Made by a program: the position numbers and the translations under genes | Assembly (NCBI RefSeq): GCF_048403405.1 | Contig: NZ_CP183129.1 | DNA: 64,000 nt | DNA from: Escherichia coli | Lineage (GTDB): Bacteria; Pseudomonadota; Gammaproteobacteria; Enterobacterales; Enterobacteriaceae | Direction: 5' to 3' (one strand) | The notes under the pieces: model-generated | The model's database searches: none | What the model was told of the DNA's origin: nothing | The model's input: the letters and a program-made list of their open reading frames with translations, nothing else | Shown: one piece after another, positions 16,631 to 24,196 of the stretch | How the letters are laid out: every line of letters starts with the position of its first letter | How positions within the stretch are numbered: the first letter of the stretch is position 1

Positions 16631-16810
16631 TCACATTCTGTCCTGAAAATCCAGTTCGTCACAGTTAACCAGTTTTAGTGGATTAACTGAGTTCATATTG
16701 CGGCATTTGTCTGTTTCTGTTGCCAGCAGTTCAATCCACTGCATCAGTAAAGTATCAAACAGAAAAACGAAGACAGCGAAAACGACGAGCCACCAATACT
16801 TGCGAATCAT
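16631..16810 (-). CDS. yhdU: small membrane protein
   Basis: MIRKYWWLVVFAVFVFLFDTLLMQW... (59 aa using the internal Met); synteny. Confidence 0.7.
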   Translation of the reverse strand: MIRKYWWLVVFAVFVFLFDTLLMQWIELLATETDKCRNMNSVNPLKLVNCDELDFQDRM

Positions 16811-16893
16811 TACCTGAGCCTGTGCATGTTTAACCAAGTCTGGCAGGAAATATACACGAAATGAATAATCTGAAAACCAGGCTTACACTTCCT

Positions 16894-17778
16894 TTACTTT
16901 GCAATGAGATCGGGGTCAACTTCGCTTAACCTGCTTCGTTTTGACAGGTTGCCGGTCTTTCTTTTTTTCACTTTCGCCAGTTCTTCCGCAGAGTAATGCG
17001 ACGTGACATCCAGCCGTCGAAGCCCCATTTTGATGTACTCGCTGTTGATCTCAATACCAATGAATTTTCGCCCGCTGGCGACGGCTACGGCACCGGTAGT
17101 AAAGCTACCGGCAAACGGGTCGAGAACGATATCGCCTGGGTTGGAAGAGGCGAGAATAATGCGTTTCAGTAAGGCTTCCGGTTTTTGCGTCGGGTGATTC
17201 TCATATTCATCCATTAAATAACGCACGCGCGGAAAATCCCAGACGTTACCCGGTACTTTTTGATGATTGTAAGGCTGTGGAGGATTTTTGCGATAATCGA
17301 TTAACGCACGCTGCGATCCGGTTTTGGCTTCTACCAGAATAGCATCACCGTTGAACGTGTAGTTCTTTGCGTCTTTCACCATCATCAGGATGGGTTCGTA
17401 CATGGAGCCGTAGTGTTTTTTCGCCTGCACTCCAGAACTGTCATATGACCAGACGATGCGACTTTTGATGGTAAAAAGCTTGCGGCACTGGAGATCGATA
17501 AAGGGCATGTTTTCCGTACTGTTCATGATGTACATGCTGCCCTGCTTTTTCAGAACGCGGTGGCACTCTGCAATCACTTCAAACAGCCAGTCGATAAACA
17601 GATCTTCTTTCCAGGCTTCGATCAGACCATCAAAATTTTTACCGATGTTATACGGTGGGTCGGCAAAGATCAGATCGACACTTTCGGCGGGGATCTTTTT
17701 AAGTTCGGTTAATGCATCACCCTGGATGATGGTCTTTGCTTCATTACCAAATCGGGTCGGTTCACATCCTGTTCTCAT
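16894..17778 (-). CDS. yhdJ: orphan DNA adenine methyltransferase
   Basis: 294 aa with the DPPY motif (IFADPPYNIG) and a C-terminal AdoMet-binding motif (VLDPFAGSFTTG). The SD AGGGAG lies 5 nt before the ATG at 17778. Confidence 0.92.
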   Translation of the reverse strand: MRTGCEPTRFGNEAKTIIQGDALTELKKIPAESVDLIFADPPYNIGKNFDGLIEAWKEDLFIDWLFEVIAECHRVLKKQGSMYIMNSTENMPFIDLQCRKLFTIKSRIVWSYDSSGVQAKKHYGSMYEPILMMVKDAKNYTFNGDAILVEAKTGSQRALIDYRKNPPQPYNHQKVPGNVWDFPRVRYLMDEYENHPTQKPEALLKRIILASSNPGDIVLDPFAGSFTTGAVAVASGRKFIGIEINSEYIKMGLRRLDVTSHYSAEELAKVKKRKTGNLSKRSRLSEVDPDLIAK

Positions 17779-17800
17779 GGTCACTCCCTTTGTGACACCT

Positions 17801-17880
17801 ATAAAAAAGGCGCTTCCCCATGCCGAGTAGCGCCTTTTTAATCAAGCATTTAGCTAACCTGAATTAGTTCATGCCGTATT
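17801..17880. repeat. attL: 80-bp direct repeat (partner 33086-33165) with a duplicated fis 3' end and terminator
   Basis: Identical base-for-base to 33086-33165. It contains the reverse complement of the last 17 nt of fis (TTAGTTCATGCCGTATT) and the fis terminator hairpin. Confidence 0.9.
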
Positions 17881-18007
17881 ATCAAAACCTATGTTTCTTA
17901 CAGTTTGTCATGGTTCGTTAGTGTTTATATAACTTATTGAATAAAATGATTAATGTTGTTTCTTTAGTTTACCTTTGTTCATTTCTGTTCATAGGGTAAT
18001 ATTAAAG

Positions 18008-18029
18008 TGTGCAGTCAGTGGTGCAGTCA
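18008..18029 (+). repeat. 22-nt repeat TGTGCAGTCAGTGGTGCAGTCA (candidate integrase arm-type site; partner 33059-33080)
   Basis: An exact second copy in the same orientation lies just inside the other island end. It is internally a tandem GTGCAGTCA(G) duplication. Confidence 0.55.
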
Positions 18030-18055
18030 GTTTTCAATATGAATTAAGGTTTTCT

Positions 18056-19279
18056 ATGGCTGGAGGAACGAACAAATTAAGCGATACATCGTTGCGTAAG
18101 ATGCTGGGGAGGGAAATCGATAGAGATAGATTTTATGCTGACGGTGATGGATTGAGTATCAAGGTGTCAAAAATTGGCGTTCTTACTTGGTATTTCTCTT
18201 TCCGGATTGGTGGGCGTGAATCGTATTCACAGCGTGTTAAGCTTGGAAACTACCCGGATCTTTCTCTGAAAGCTGCGCGCGAGAAACGTGAACAGTGTCG
18301 AGCATGGCTTGCTGAAGGTAAAAATCCAAAGCATCGGTTAAATGTGGCAATACATGAAACACTCAAACCAGTGACGGTAAAAGAGGCTCTGGATTACTGG
18401 ATCAGAGAATACGCCGTTTACAAGCGCACGAATGTTGATAAACACATTGAGCAACTGAGGAAGCATATTTTCCCCTATATAGGTGATTATCCGTTATCAA
18501 TGTGCGAAACCCGGCATTGGCTGGAGTGTTTCGCTAGAGTAAGGAATGACGCTCCAGTGGCAGCTGGTTATTTGCTGCAGATGTGTAAGCAGGCTCTGAA
18601 GTTTTGCCGCGTACATCGTTATGCGGTTAGCAATGCTCTGGATGACCTGACTATCGATGATGTTGGTAGAAAACAGAATAAGCGCGATAGGGAACACAGC
18701 AGTCAAGAGTTAGCAGATATTTGGCAGGAATGTTCAGGTAAGAAATTTAAACCATACTATTCATCGTTGTTGCGTCTATTGGTGGTGTTTGGATGTCGAA
18801 CCCAGGAGCTTCGGTTGTCACGTATTACAGAGTGGGATTTAAAGGATTGGATCTGGACAGTGCCTAAAGAACACAGCAAAGGCGGAGAGAAGATATTGCG
18901 CCCTATTCCAGTGGTAATACGCCCATTCATCCAACAGCTTATAGAGCAACACAAAAACTCAGGTCTTTTGTTGGGTGAAATAAAGAAACCAGAAGCTGTC
19001 AGCCAATGGGGGAGGATGATATATAAGCGTCTGGGGCATATTGAATCGTGGACACTTCACGACCTGCGCAGGACGTTTGCTACCACACTAAATAACATGG
19101 GGGTTGCACCACATGTTGTTGAACAGCTTCTCGGTCACACATTAGGTGGTGTAATGGCCATATACAATCGTAGCCAGTACTTACCAGAAAAACTAGACGC
19201 TCTAAATAAATGGATGGAACGGCTTGAGGTTATTTCTGGTCAGTATTCAAATGTAAAAATATTGAAGGTAGCGAAATGA
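18056..19279 (+). CDS. int: P4-family tyrosine integrase
   Basis: N-terminal P4-int-type arm-binding region (LSDTSLRKM...DGDGLSIKVSK.G..TWYFSFR) and C-terminal catalytic residues (HDLRRTFAT...LLGH...AIYNRSQY). The start is set at MAGGTNK, which has an AAGG SD. Confidence 0.93.
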   Translation: MAGGTNKLSDTSLRKMLGREIDRDRFYADGDGLSIKVSKIGVLTWYFSFRIGGRESYSQRVKLGNYPDLSLKAAREKREQCRAWLAEGKNPKHRLNVAIHETLKPVTVKEALDYWIREYAVYKRTNVDKHIEQLRKHIFPYIGDYPLSMCETRHWLECFARVRNDAPVAAGYLLQMCKQALKFCRVHRYAVSNALDDLTIDDVGRKQNKRDREHSSQELADIWQECSGKKFKPYYSSLLRLLVVFGCRTQELRLSRITEWDLKDWIWTVPKEHSKGGEKILRPIPVVIRPFIQQLIEQHKNSGLLLGEIKKPEAVSQWGRMIYKRLGHIESWTLHDLRRTFATTLNNMGVAPHVVEQLLGHTLGGVMAIYNRSQYLPEKLDALNKWMERLEVISGQYSNVKILKVAK

Positions 19280-20013
19280 AAAAGATAAGCATCCCTGAGC
19301 GTATATATTATCCATTGCCTGAAGCAGCAAAGAAGCTGGGATGTACGCTTAATGATATATATCATTTTGCTGCTATAGGTGCTTTGAATATTTCTGTTTA
19401 TTTTCCAAACTGTCATCCATGTAAATCGCTAGTTATACCAAAATCATTAGTTGAAAATATTGATGTTGATTCAGGTGGGATGTTGCAAGGGGATCGCTGG
19501 GTAATTACAGGGATGAAGCCTGTTGGTAGCGATTTTGAATGGGTAAATTATTTTGGTGTGGCTTCTTATCTTGCAAAGAATTTTTGCGGTTTCTTCTATC
19601 TAAATCGGGAAAGTTTTTCTGAACTTGAATTTATTGGCAATGATGCAAGGATAGTATCATCTTTTTTTTCAACTCGTCCTGAATCAGAAAACTGGGAATG
19701 TCAAATTATGAGTGATGGGGCTATTGAGATCGACAGAAGGTTTTTATGTGTAATGGCTAAGGATTTGGAGCATATCAAAGATGTTGGAACCATGCCTGGA
19801 AGAAAAATGGGAGAATCGCCAAAAACTCTTGCGAAGAAAGCTGAGTTGATCCCTGCATTAATCAAACTAATTCCAGAAATGGATGATATAGATATTGGAA
19901 CTGCTCCAGTTGCTAAAGTGATCGCTGTTTTAGAGGCTGCGGCAGCGATGAAAGGGGTGTTTCTTCCCGCAACAGATAAGAATACGTGGGCTAAATACTT
20001 AGGGCGAACGTGA
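19276..20013 (+). CDS. hypothetical protein with an N-terminal AlpA/MerR-like HTH, translationally coupled to int
   Basis: 245 aa. Its ATG overlaps the int stop (ATGA). The N-terminus YYPLPEAAKKLGCTLNDIYHFAAIG resembles an excisionase-type HTH. The C-terminal ~190 aa are not recognised, and the gene is AT-rich. Confidence 0.6.
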   Translation: MKKISIPERIYYPLPEAAKKLGCTLNDIYHFAAIGALNISVYFPNCHPCKSLVIPKSLVENIDVDSGGMLQGDRWVITGMKPVGSDFEWVNYFGVASYLAKNFCGFFYLNRESFSELEFIGNDARIVSSFFSTRPESENWECQIMSDGAIEIDRRFLCVMAKDLEHIKDVGTMPGRKMGESPKTLAKKAELIPALIKLIPEMDDIDIGTAPVAKVIAVLEAAAAMKGVFLPATDKNTWAKYLGRT

Positions 20014-20040
20014 TATCACATATAAAATATGTGATATCAC
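20010..20040. promoter_or_regulatory. nested perfect palindrome (14-bp arms, 3-bp spacer) upstream of alpA; candidate operator or hairpin
   Basis: GTGATATCACATAT aaa ATATGTGATATCAC. Each arm contains the self-palindrome GTGATATCAC. Confidence 0.5.
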
Positions 20041-20102
20041 CTAAATATTCTAAGCATATTATCAATATGCTCTCGAACGATAATAAACGAGGGCATATCC
20101 AT

Positions 20103-20324
20103 ATGAGCAAAGTTAAATCATCGCAAGACCAATTTGATCGCATCATTCGTGAGGAGGAATGCCGACGCCTTACCGGTATTTGCCGAACGACGCGTTATAT
20201 GATGGAAAGGAAAGGGGTGTTTCCAGCCCGTCGTCAGTTGGGGGCTCGTTCTGTCGGTTGGTTGCTGTCTGAGGTTAATGATTGGCTTGAACGTCAACCC
20301 AAAGCACAACTGAAATCGGCGTAA
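20103..20324 (+). CDS. alpA: AlpA-family transcriptional activator / excisionase
   Basis: 73 aa from the internal Met. RIIREEECRRLTGICRTTRYMMERKGVFPARRQLGARSVGWLLSEVNDWL matches the AlpA (HTH_17) pattern. Confidence 0.85.
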   Translation: MSKVKSSQDQFDRIIREEECRRLTGICRTTRYMMERKGVFPARRQLGARSVGWLLSEVNDWLERQPKAQLKSA

Positions 20325-20349
20325 GGTGAGTTATGGTATATAAAACAAA

Positions 20350-20369
20350 GGCGACCGGGGGCGGTCGCC
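20350..20369 (-). terminator. rho-independent terminator for the leftward RHH operon (convergent with alpA)
   Basis: GGCGACCG gggg CGGTCGCC. On the minus strand it is followed by TTTGTTTTAT. Confidence 0.65.
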
Positions 20370-20436
20370 AATGGATACACACTAAACTTGAACGCATCAC
20401 CAACAATGCCACATTTGCGGCTGGTGGGCAATGTGA

Positions 20437-20616
20437 TCAGTCAGATTTGGTTCGTTCCAAGGTTTGCAACGAGAGCTTTTTCCTGTGCTCTTTAAGGAAT
20501 TTCTCAAGAGCAAACGAACAAGGTGCGAATCTTTCTGATTCATGTTCATGCGCTATATTTTTGCGTCGTCTCTTACGAGTTGGTGATGGTGTTTTGGTTG
20601 ATTCTGTGTCGCTCAT
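20437..20616 (-). CDS. possible small basic protein (59 aa), not in the ORF track
   Basis: Minus-strand ATG at 20616 preceded by AGGA. It translates to MSDTESTKTPSPTRKRRRKNIAHEHESERFAPCSFALEKFLKEHRKKLSLQTLERTKSD and sits between the RHH gene and the terminator. Confidence 0.35.
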   Translation of the reverse strand: MSDTESTKTPSPTRKRRRKNIAHEHESERFAPCSFALEKFLKEHRKKLSLQTLERTKSD

Positions 20617-20673
20617 GGTGCTGTCCTGTAAAGCAATGCGCCTGCGTTCCTCAAACTATGGCGCTGATAGTGG

Positions 20674-20979
20674 CTATTCCTGCCCTTTGACCTTGCGTCG
20701 CTGGAGTTCTTCACGCGCGACGGTGACGAGTTGCCCGATCTCCTCGGCGGCTTTGACTCCGATTTTTTCAACCTGCGCTAGGGCATCGAGCGAAGAAACC
20801 AGGAGGTTTTCTCCGCTTCCTTCTGCCTGGCGGCGGGCGATTTCACCGCGCATGGCGGTTACTATGAATCCGGCGTTGCTTTCACCGTCCAGTTTTACGG
20901 ATTCCATGCCTTCAATAACATCATGCGGGATCCGAGCTGTCAGTGATTGTGATTTTGCGTTTTTTGAACCTGTAGCCAT
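20674..20979 (-). CDS. ribbon-helix-helix (Arc/CopG-like) DNA-binding protein, candidate island repressor
   Basis: 101 aa from MATGSKNAKSQSLTARIPHDVIEGMESVKL..., with the SD GAGAGGA 6 nt upstream. The pattern is an N-terminal beta-strand and two helices typical of RHH, with a coiled C-terminus. Confidence 0.6.
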   Translation of the reverse strand: MATGSKNAKSQSLTARIPHDVIEGMESVKLDGESNAGFIVTAMRGEIARRQAEGSGENLLVSSLDALAQVEKIGVKAAEEIGQLVTVAREELQRRKVKGQE

Positions 20980-21000
20980 CTGTAATCCTCTCAATGAAAG

Positions 21001-21077
21001 TGTAAGACAATATACACATAAAAAGTCTTACATAAAAGCATTGACATGTAAGCCACCTATAAATAAAGTTACTTACA
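21001..21077. promoter_or_regulatory. divergent control region with four TGTAAG half-sites in two inverted pairs
   Basis: TGTAAGAC (21001) / GTCTTACA (21025) and TGTAAGCC (21047) / ACTTACA (21071). TTGACA at 21041 is embedded among them. Confidence 0.5.
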
Positions 21078-21175
21078 CCTTGTTAATGCAAGGTGCAGAA
21101 ACGACGAAACCCCGCACTGTAGGAGCAGTAACGGGGCTTCTAACCACCAACGATAGCAAGATTATCGAGGCAGCT

Positions 21176-21379
21176 ATGAGAAATCATACCATACACCCGC
21201 AAGGGCGGGACTCGTACAACCTGAATAAATACATCTGGCGTTTTATCGCCCTGAGCACCGCACAACCGCGCGTGATTCACATCGTGGCCACCAGCGAACA
21301 GGAAGCACGCCAGCAATCCCCGGCTGGCTGCGTGATGGTATTCGCCGCCCGCATTCGTCAGGGGGGGTGCCATGCCTGA
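21176..21379 (+). CDS. Icd-like (host cell division inhibitor-like) small protein
   Basis: 67 aa: MRNHTIHPQGRDSYNLNKYIWRFIALSTAQPRVIHIVATSEQEARQQSPAGCVMVFAARIRQGG. The '..F.A.....P.V...VA.SE.EAR....G....FAARI' pattern matches proteins I recall being annotated Icd-like in P4-like elements. A GAGG SD is present. Confidence 0.6.
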   Translation: MRNHTIHPQGRDSYNLNKYIWRFIALSTAQPRVIHIVATSEQEARQQSPAGCVMVFAARIRQGGCHA

Positions 21380-21692
21380 TATGTCAAATTACCAGTACCT
21401 GATTAATCCGCATTTTAACTGTGAGCATGATATTGCTAAAAAGGTTTATTCCGCTGCGGATGGGGCTACTGACAATATATCAATGGCTGTTGCGTCAATT
21501 GGTAGCCTGATGTGGCATGCGTCAGAAAATGAGGAATATGACGCAAAGGCCATGCGCATTGATATGGGTAATATCGGTTTGTTACTGGCAATGCTTGGAC
21601 ATTTTGATATTTCGTTACGGTGCACCATTGAAAATGCCACAGATGCATTAAATGCCATAAAGAAAGCGAATACTGATTCAAATCGGGGATAA
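21372..21692 (+). CDS. hypothetical protein
   Basis: 106-aa ORF whose start overlaps the preceding stop (operon-like). No recognisable motif. Confidence 0.5.
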   Translation: MPDMSNYQYLINPHFNCEHDIAKKVYSAADGATDNISMAVASIGSLMWHASENEEYDAKAMRIDMGNIGLLLAMLGHFDISLRCTIENATDALNAIKKANTDSNRG

Positions 21693-21698
21693 ATAATC

Positions 21699-21998
21699 AT
21701 GAGAACATATTTATCTGGCTTGACTGCCAGCGGTTATGCACACCCTAAAATTATCCCCGGCGCTATTTATCTGGATAAGAACGGTAACAGAGTAACGGTA
21801 AAAGAACTGATGTTTGACCGTGTTTATTTTATTCGTGATGGCTATTCATTTCATAGTTCGCTGAACGTGGAGATCTTTATTTGCAGATTCCGGCGGGAAA
21901 TCCCGCTTTCCAGAAATAACCATGTGTCATGTATGGATGTTGATAAAAAACTACAGGAACTGAAAAACATGATTGCCGCGTGGAGAGAGCAGAAATGA
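21699..21998 (+). CDS. hypothetical protein
   Basis: 99-aa ORF whose stop overlaps the primase start (ATGA). No confident family assignment. Confidence 0.5.
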   Translation: MRTYLSGLTASGYAHPKIIPGAIYLDKNGNRVTVKELMFDRVYFIRDGYSFHSSLNVEIFICRFRREIPLSRNNHVSCMDVDKKLQELKNMIAAWREQK

Positions 21999-23812
21999 AA
22001 AAAGCGCCAAATTTAAAACACCAGCCGCGTGACAAAATGACGGAAGTCATCATTTTTGCGGGTAGTGATGCGTGGGCACATGCGAAGCAGTGGCAGGAAC
22101 AGGACGGGCGACTGGCAGGCGATAACGTGCCACCTGTCTGGCTTGGAGAGCAACAACTTGCCGAACTGGACAACCTGCAAATTGTACCGGACGGACGCTA
22201 TCGCGTGCGTCTCTATCAGGCGGGGTTATTGCGTCCGGGGCTTGTTAATACCATCGGGCAGAAACTGGCAGCGGCAGGTGTCAGGGATGCTGATTATTAC
22301 CCTGAAGGAATGCACAGCCAGAAACGGGAGAACTGGCGCGAATATCTGGAACGTGAGCGGGGAGAGCTGGCGGAAAAGAAAAAGGTAGTTGAACTGCCTG
22401 TAAAGAAAAAAGAGCGGGTAAAAGACGATAACGCTTCATCACTGGCGCTTAACCAGATGGGAGCAAGTCAACGCGGCGAAGTTCTCCTGGCACATTATGG
22501 CGGTGAACTGGCGATTCATGCCGACTCTGACACTGTTCACCATTACAACGGCGTTGTATGGGAGCCAGTACAGGATAAAGAATTACAGCGAGCTATGGCG
22601 CAGATTTTCATTGATGCGGAGATCAGCTATTCGCAGAACGCCATTAAATCGGCGGTCGATACCATGAAGTTAAGTTTGCCTGTAATGGGGAATACAGCCC
22701 GTAACCTGATTGGATTCAGTAACGGGGTATTTGATACCAGAACAGGTAATTTTCGGGAGCATAACAAAAACGACTGGTTGTTAATTGCCAGTGAATTACC
22801 TTTCAGCCCACCAGCAGAGGGGGAAACGCTGGCAACACATGCGCCGAATTTCTGGAAGTGGTTACGCCGTTCGGTGGCTGAGAATGACCGCAAGGCGGAT
22901 CGCGTACTGGCGGCATTATTCATGGTGCTGGCGAACCGGTACGACTGGCAGTTATTCATTGAGGTAACAGGTCCAGGGGGAAGTGGTAAAAGCGTGATGG
23001 CGGAGATTTGCACCATGCTGGCGGGTAAGGCTAATACAGTATCAGCAAGCATGAAGGCGCTGGAAGATGCAAGGGAACGTGCGTTAGTGGTTGGCTTTTC
23101 TCTGATTATCATGCCGGATATGACCCGCTACGCTGGTGATGGGGCAGGGATTAAGGCCATTACAGGCGGTGACAAGGTGGCAATTGACCCGAAACACAAA
23201 GCTCCCTACTCAACGCGTATTCCGGCAGTAGTGCTGGCGGTTAACAATAACGCCATGTCATTCAGTGACCGCAGCGGGGGGATCTCACGTCGTCGGGTGA
23301 TATTCAATTTTTCGGAAGTTGTACCGGAGAACGAACGTGATCCGATGCTGGCGGAAAAAATAGAAGGTGAGCTGGCGGTAGTGATTCGCCATCTGCTTAC
23401 ACGGTTTGCTAACCAGGACGAAGCCAGACGCCTGTTATATGAGCAGCAGAAATCTGAAGAAGCACTGGCGATAAAGCGAGAGGGGGATTCGCTGGTGGAC
23501 TTCTGCGGCTATCTCATGGCGTCGGTAATGTGTGATGGCCTGTTAGTGGGTAATGCTGAAATTGTGCCATTCAGCCCGCGCAGATATCTCTATCATGCCT
23601 ATCTGGCTTATATGAGGGCACATGGGTTTGGTAAACCTGTAACACTGACGCGCTTCGGTAAAGATATGCCGGGGGCAATGGCGGAATATGGCAGGGAGTA
23701 TATGAAACGGAAAACGAAGCACGGTTTGCGTTCAAACGTGACACTGACGGAGGAATCAGAAGACTGGATGCCATCATGTGTATCGGTCACTAATGACGAT
23801 AGCAAAAATTAA
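21995..23812 (+). CDS. P4-alpha-type primase / SF3 (D5-like) replicative helicase (pri-rep)
   Basis: Walker A VTGPGGSGKS and the downstream ITGGDKVAIDPKHKAPY...RRRVIFNF pattern of the 'phage/plasmid primase, P4 family, C-terminal domain'. The iteron origin lies immediately 3'. Confidence 0.88.
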   Translation: MKKAPNLKHQPRDKMTEVIIFAGSDAWAHAKQWQEQDGRLAGDNVPPVWLGEQQLAELDNLQIVPDGRYRVRLYQAGLLRPGLVNTIGQKLAAAGVRDADYYPEGMHSQKRENWREYLERERGELAEKKKVVELPVKKKERVKDDNASSLALNQMGASQRGEVLLAHYGGELAIHADSDTVHHYNGVVWEPVQDKELQRAMAQIFIDAEISYSQNAIKSAVDTMKLSLPVMGNTARNLIGFSNGVFDTRTGNFREHNKNDWLLIASELPFSPPAEGETLATHAPNFWKWLRRSVAENDRKADRVLAALFMVLANRYDWQLFIEVTGPGGSGKSVMAEICTMLAGKANTVSASMKALEDARERALVVGFSLIIMPDMTRYAGDGAGIKAITGGDKVAIDPKHKAPYSTRIPAVVLAVNNNAMSFSDRSGGISRRRVIFNFSEVVPENERDPMLAEKIEGELAVVIRHLLTRFANQDEARRLLYEQQKSEEALAIKREGDSLVDFCGYLMASVMCDGLLVGNAEIVPFSPRRYLYHAYLAYMRAHGFGKPVTLTRFGKDMPGAMAEYGREYMKRKTKHGLRSNVTLTEESEDWMPSCVSVTNDDSKN

Positions 23813-23824
23813 ACTTATGGAATA

Positions 23825-24049
23825 ACTGTTCACCACTGTTCACCCTGTCATAAATATCTTTTATATCAGTATATTATAGGGTTAACAGTTATTTATGAAC
23901 TGTTCACCAAACTATTCACTGTTCACCTTTTTGATTGTTTATTGAGCTTCAAGGGTGAACAGTGGTGAACAGTTGGTGAATAGTTTTTGTGAAACTGTTC
24001 ACCCCTTAACCTTATGAATTAAAAGATAAAATATCAAAAGGTGAACAGG
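23825..24049. repeat. replication-origin iterons: ACTGTTCACC decamers in both orientations around AT-rich spacers
   Basis: Direct copies at 23825, 23835, 23899, 23918 and 23994. Inverted copies (GGTGAACAGT) at 23954, 23964 and 24040 (9/10 match). Degenerate copies at 23911 and 23975. Confidence 0.75.
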
Positions 24050-24196
24050 TGAAGGGTTAAAACGCAAAAATTTTAATTTACTGCTGTGAGATAAAGACTA
24101 TGACAGTAAAGCACACAAAAACACGCGCTTGATTTGACCGAATACTGGTTAAAAATGACTACAAATTAGATAAATTAGATAAAATAGGAAGAAATA

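Noticed and set aside
20333-21379. 348-aa ORF on the + strand, the longest 'gene' in this part of the island
   Set aside because: It runs antisense through the RHH gene, through a terminator hairpin and through the operator-rich intergenic region. Its sequence is low-complexity (Ser/Ala/Arg/Cys-rich) and it has no RBS at its start. Only its last 67 codons (21176-21379), which have their own SD and an Icd-like sequence, look real.
23825-24049. Possible CRISPR array suggested by the dense short repeats
   Set aside because: The repeat unit is only 10 bp, occurs in both orientations with irregular spacing, and sits next to a primase-helicase gene. This is iteron-origin architecture, not repeat-spacer architecture.
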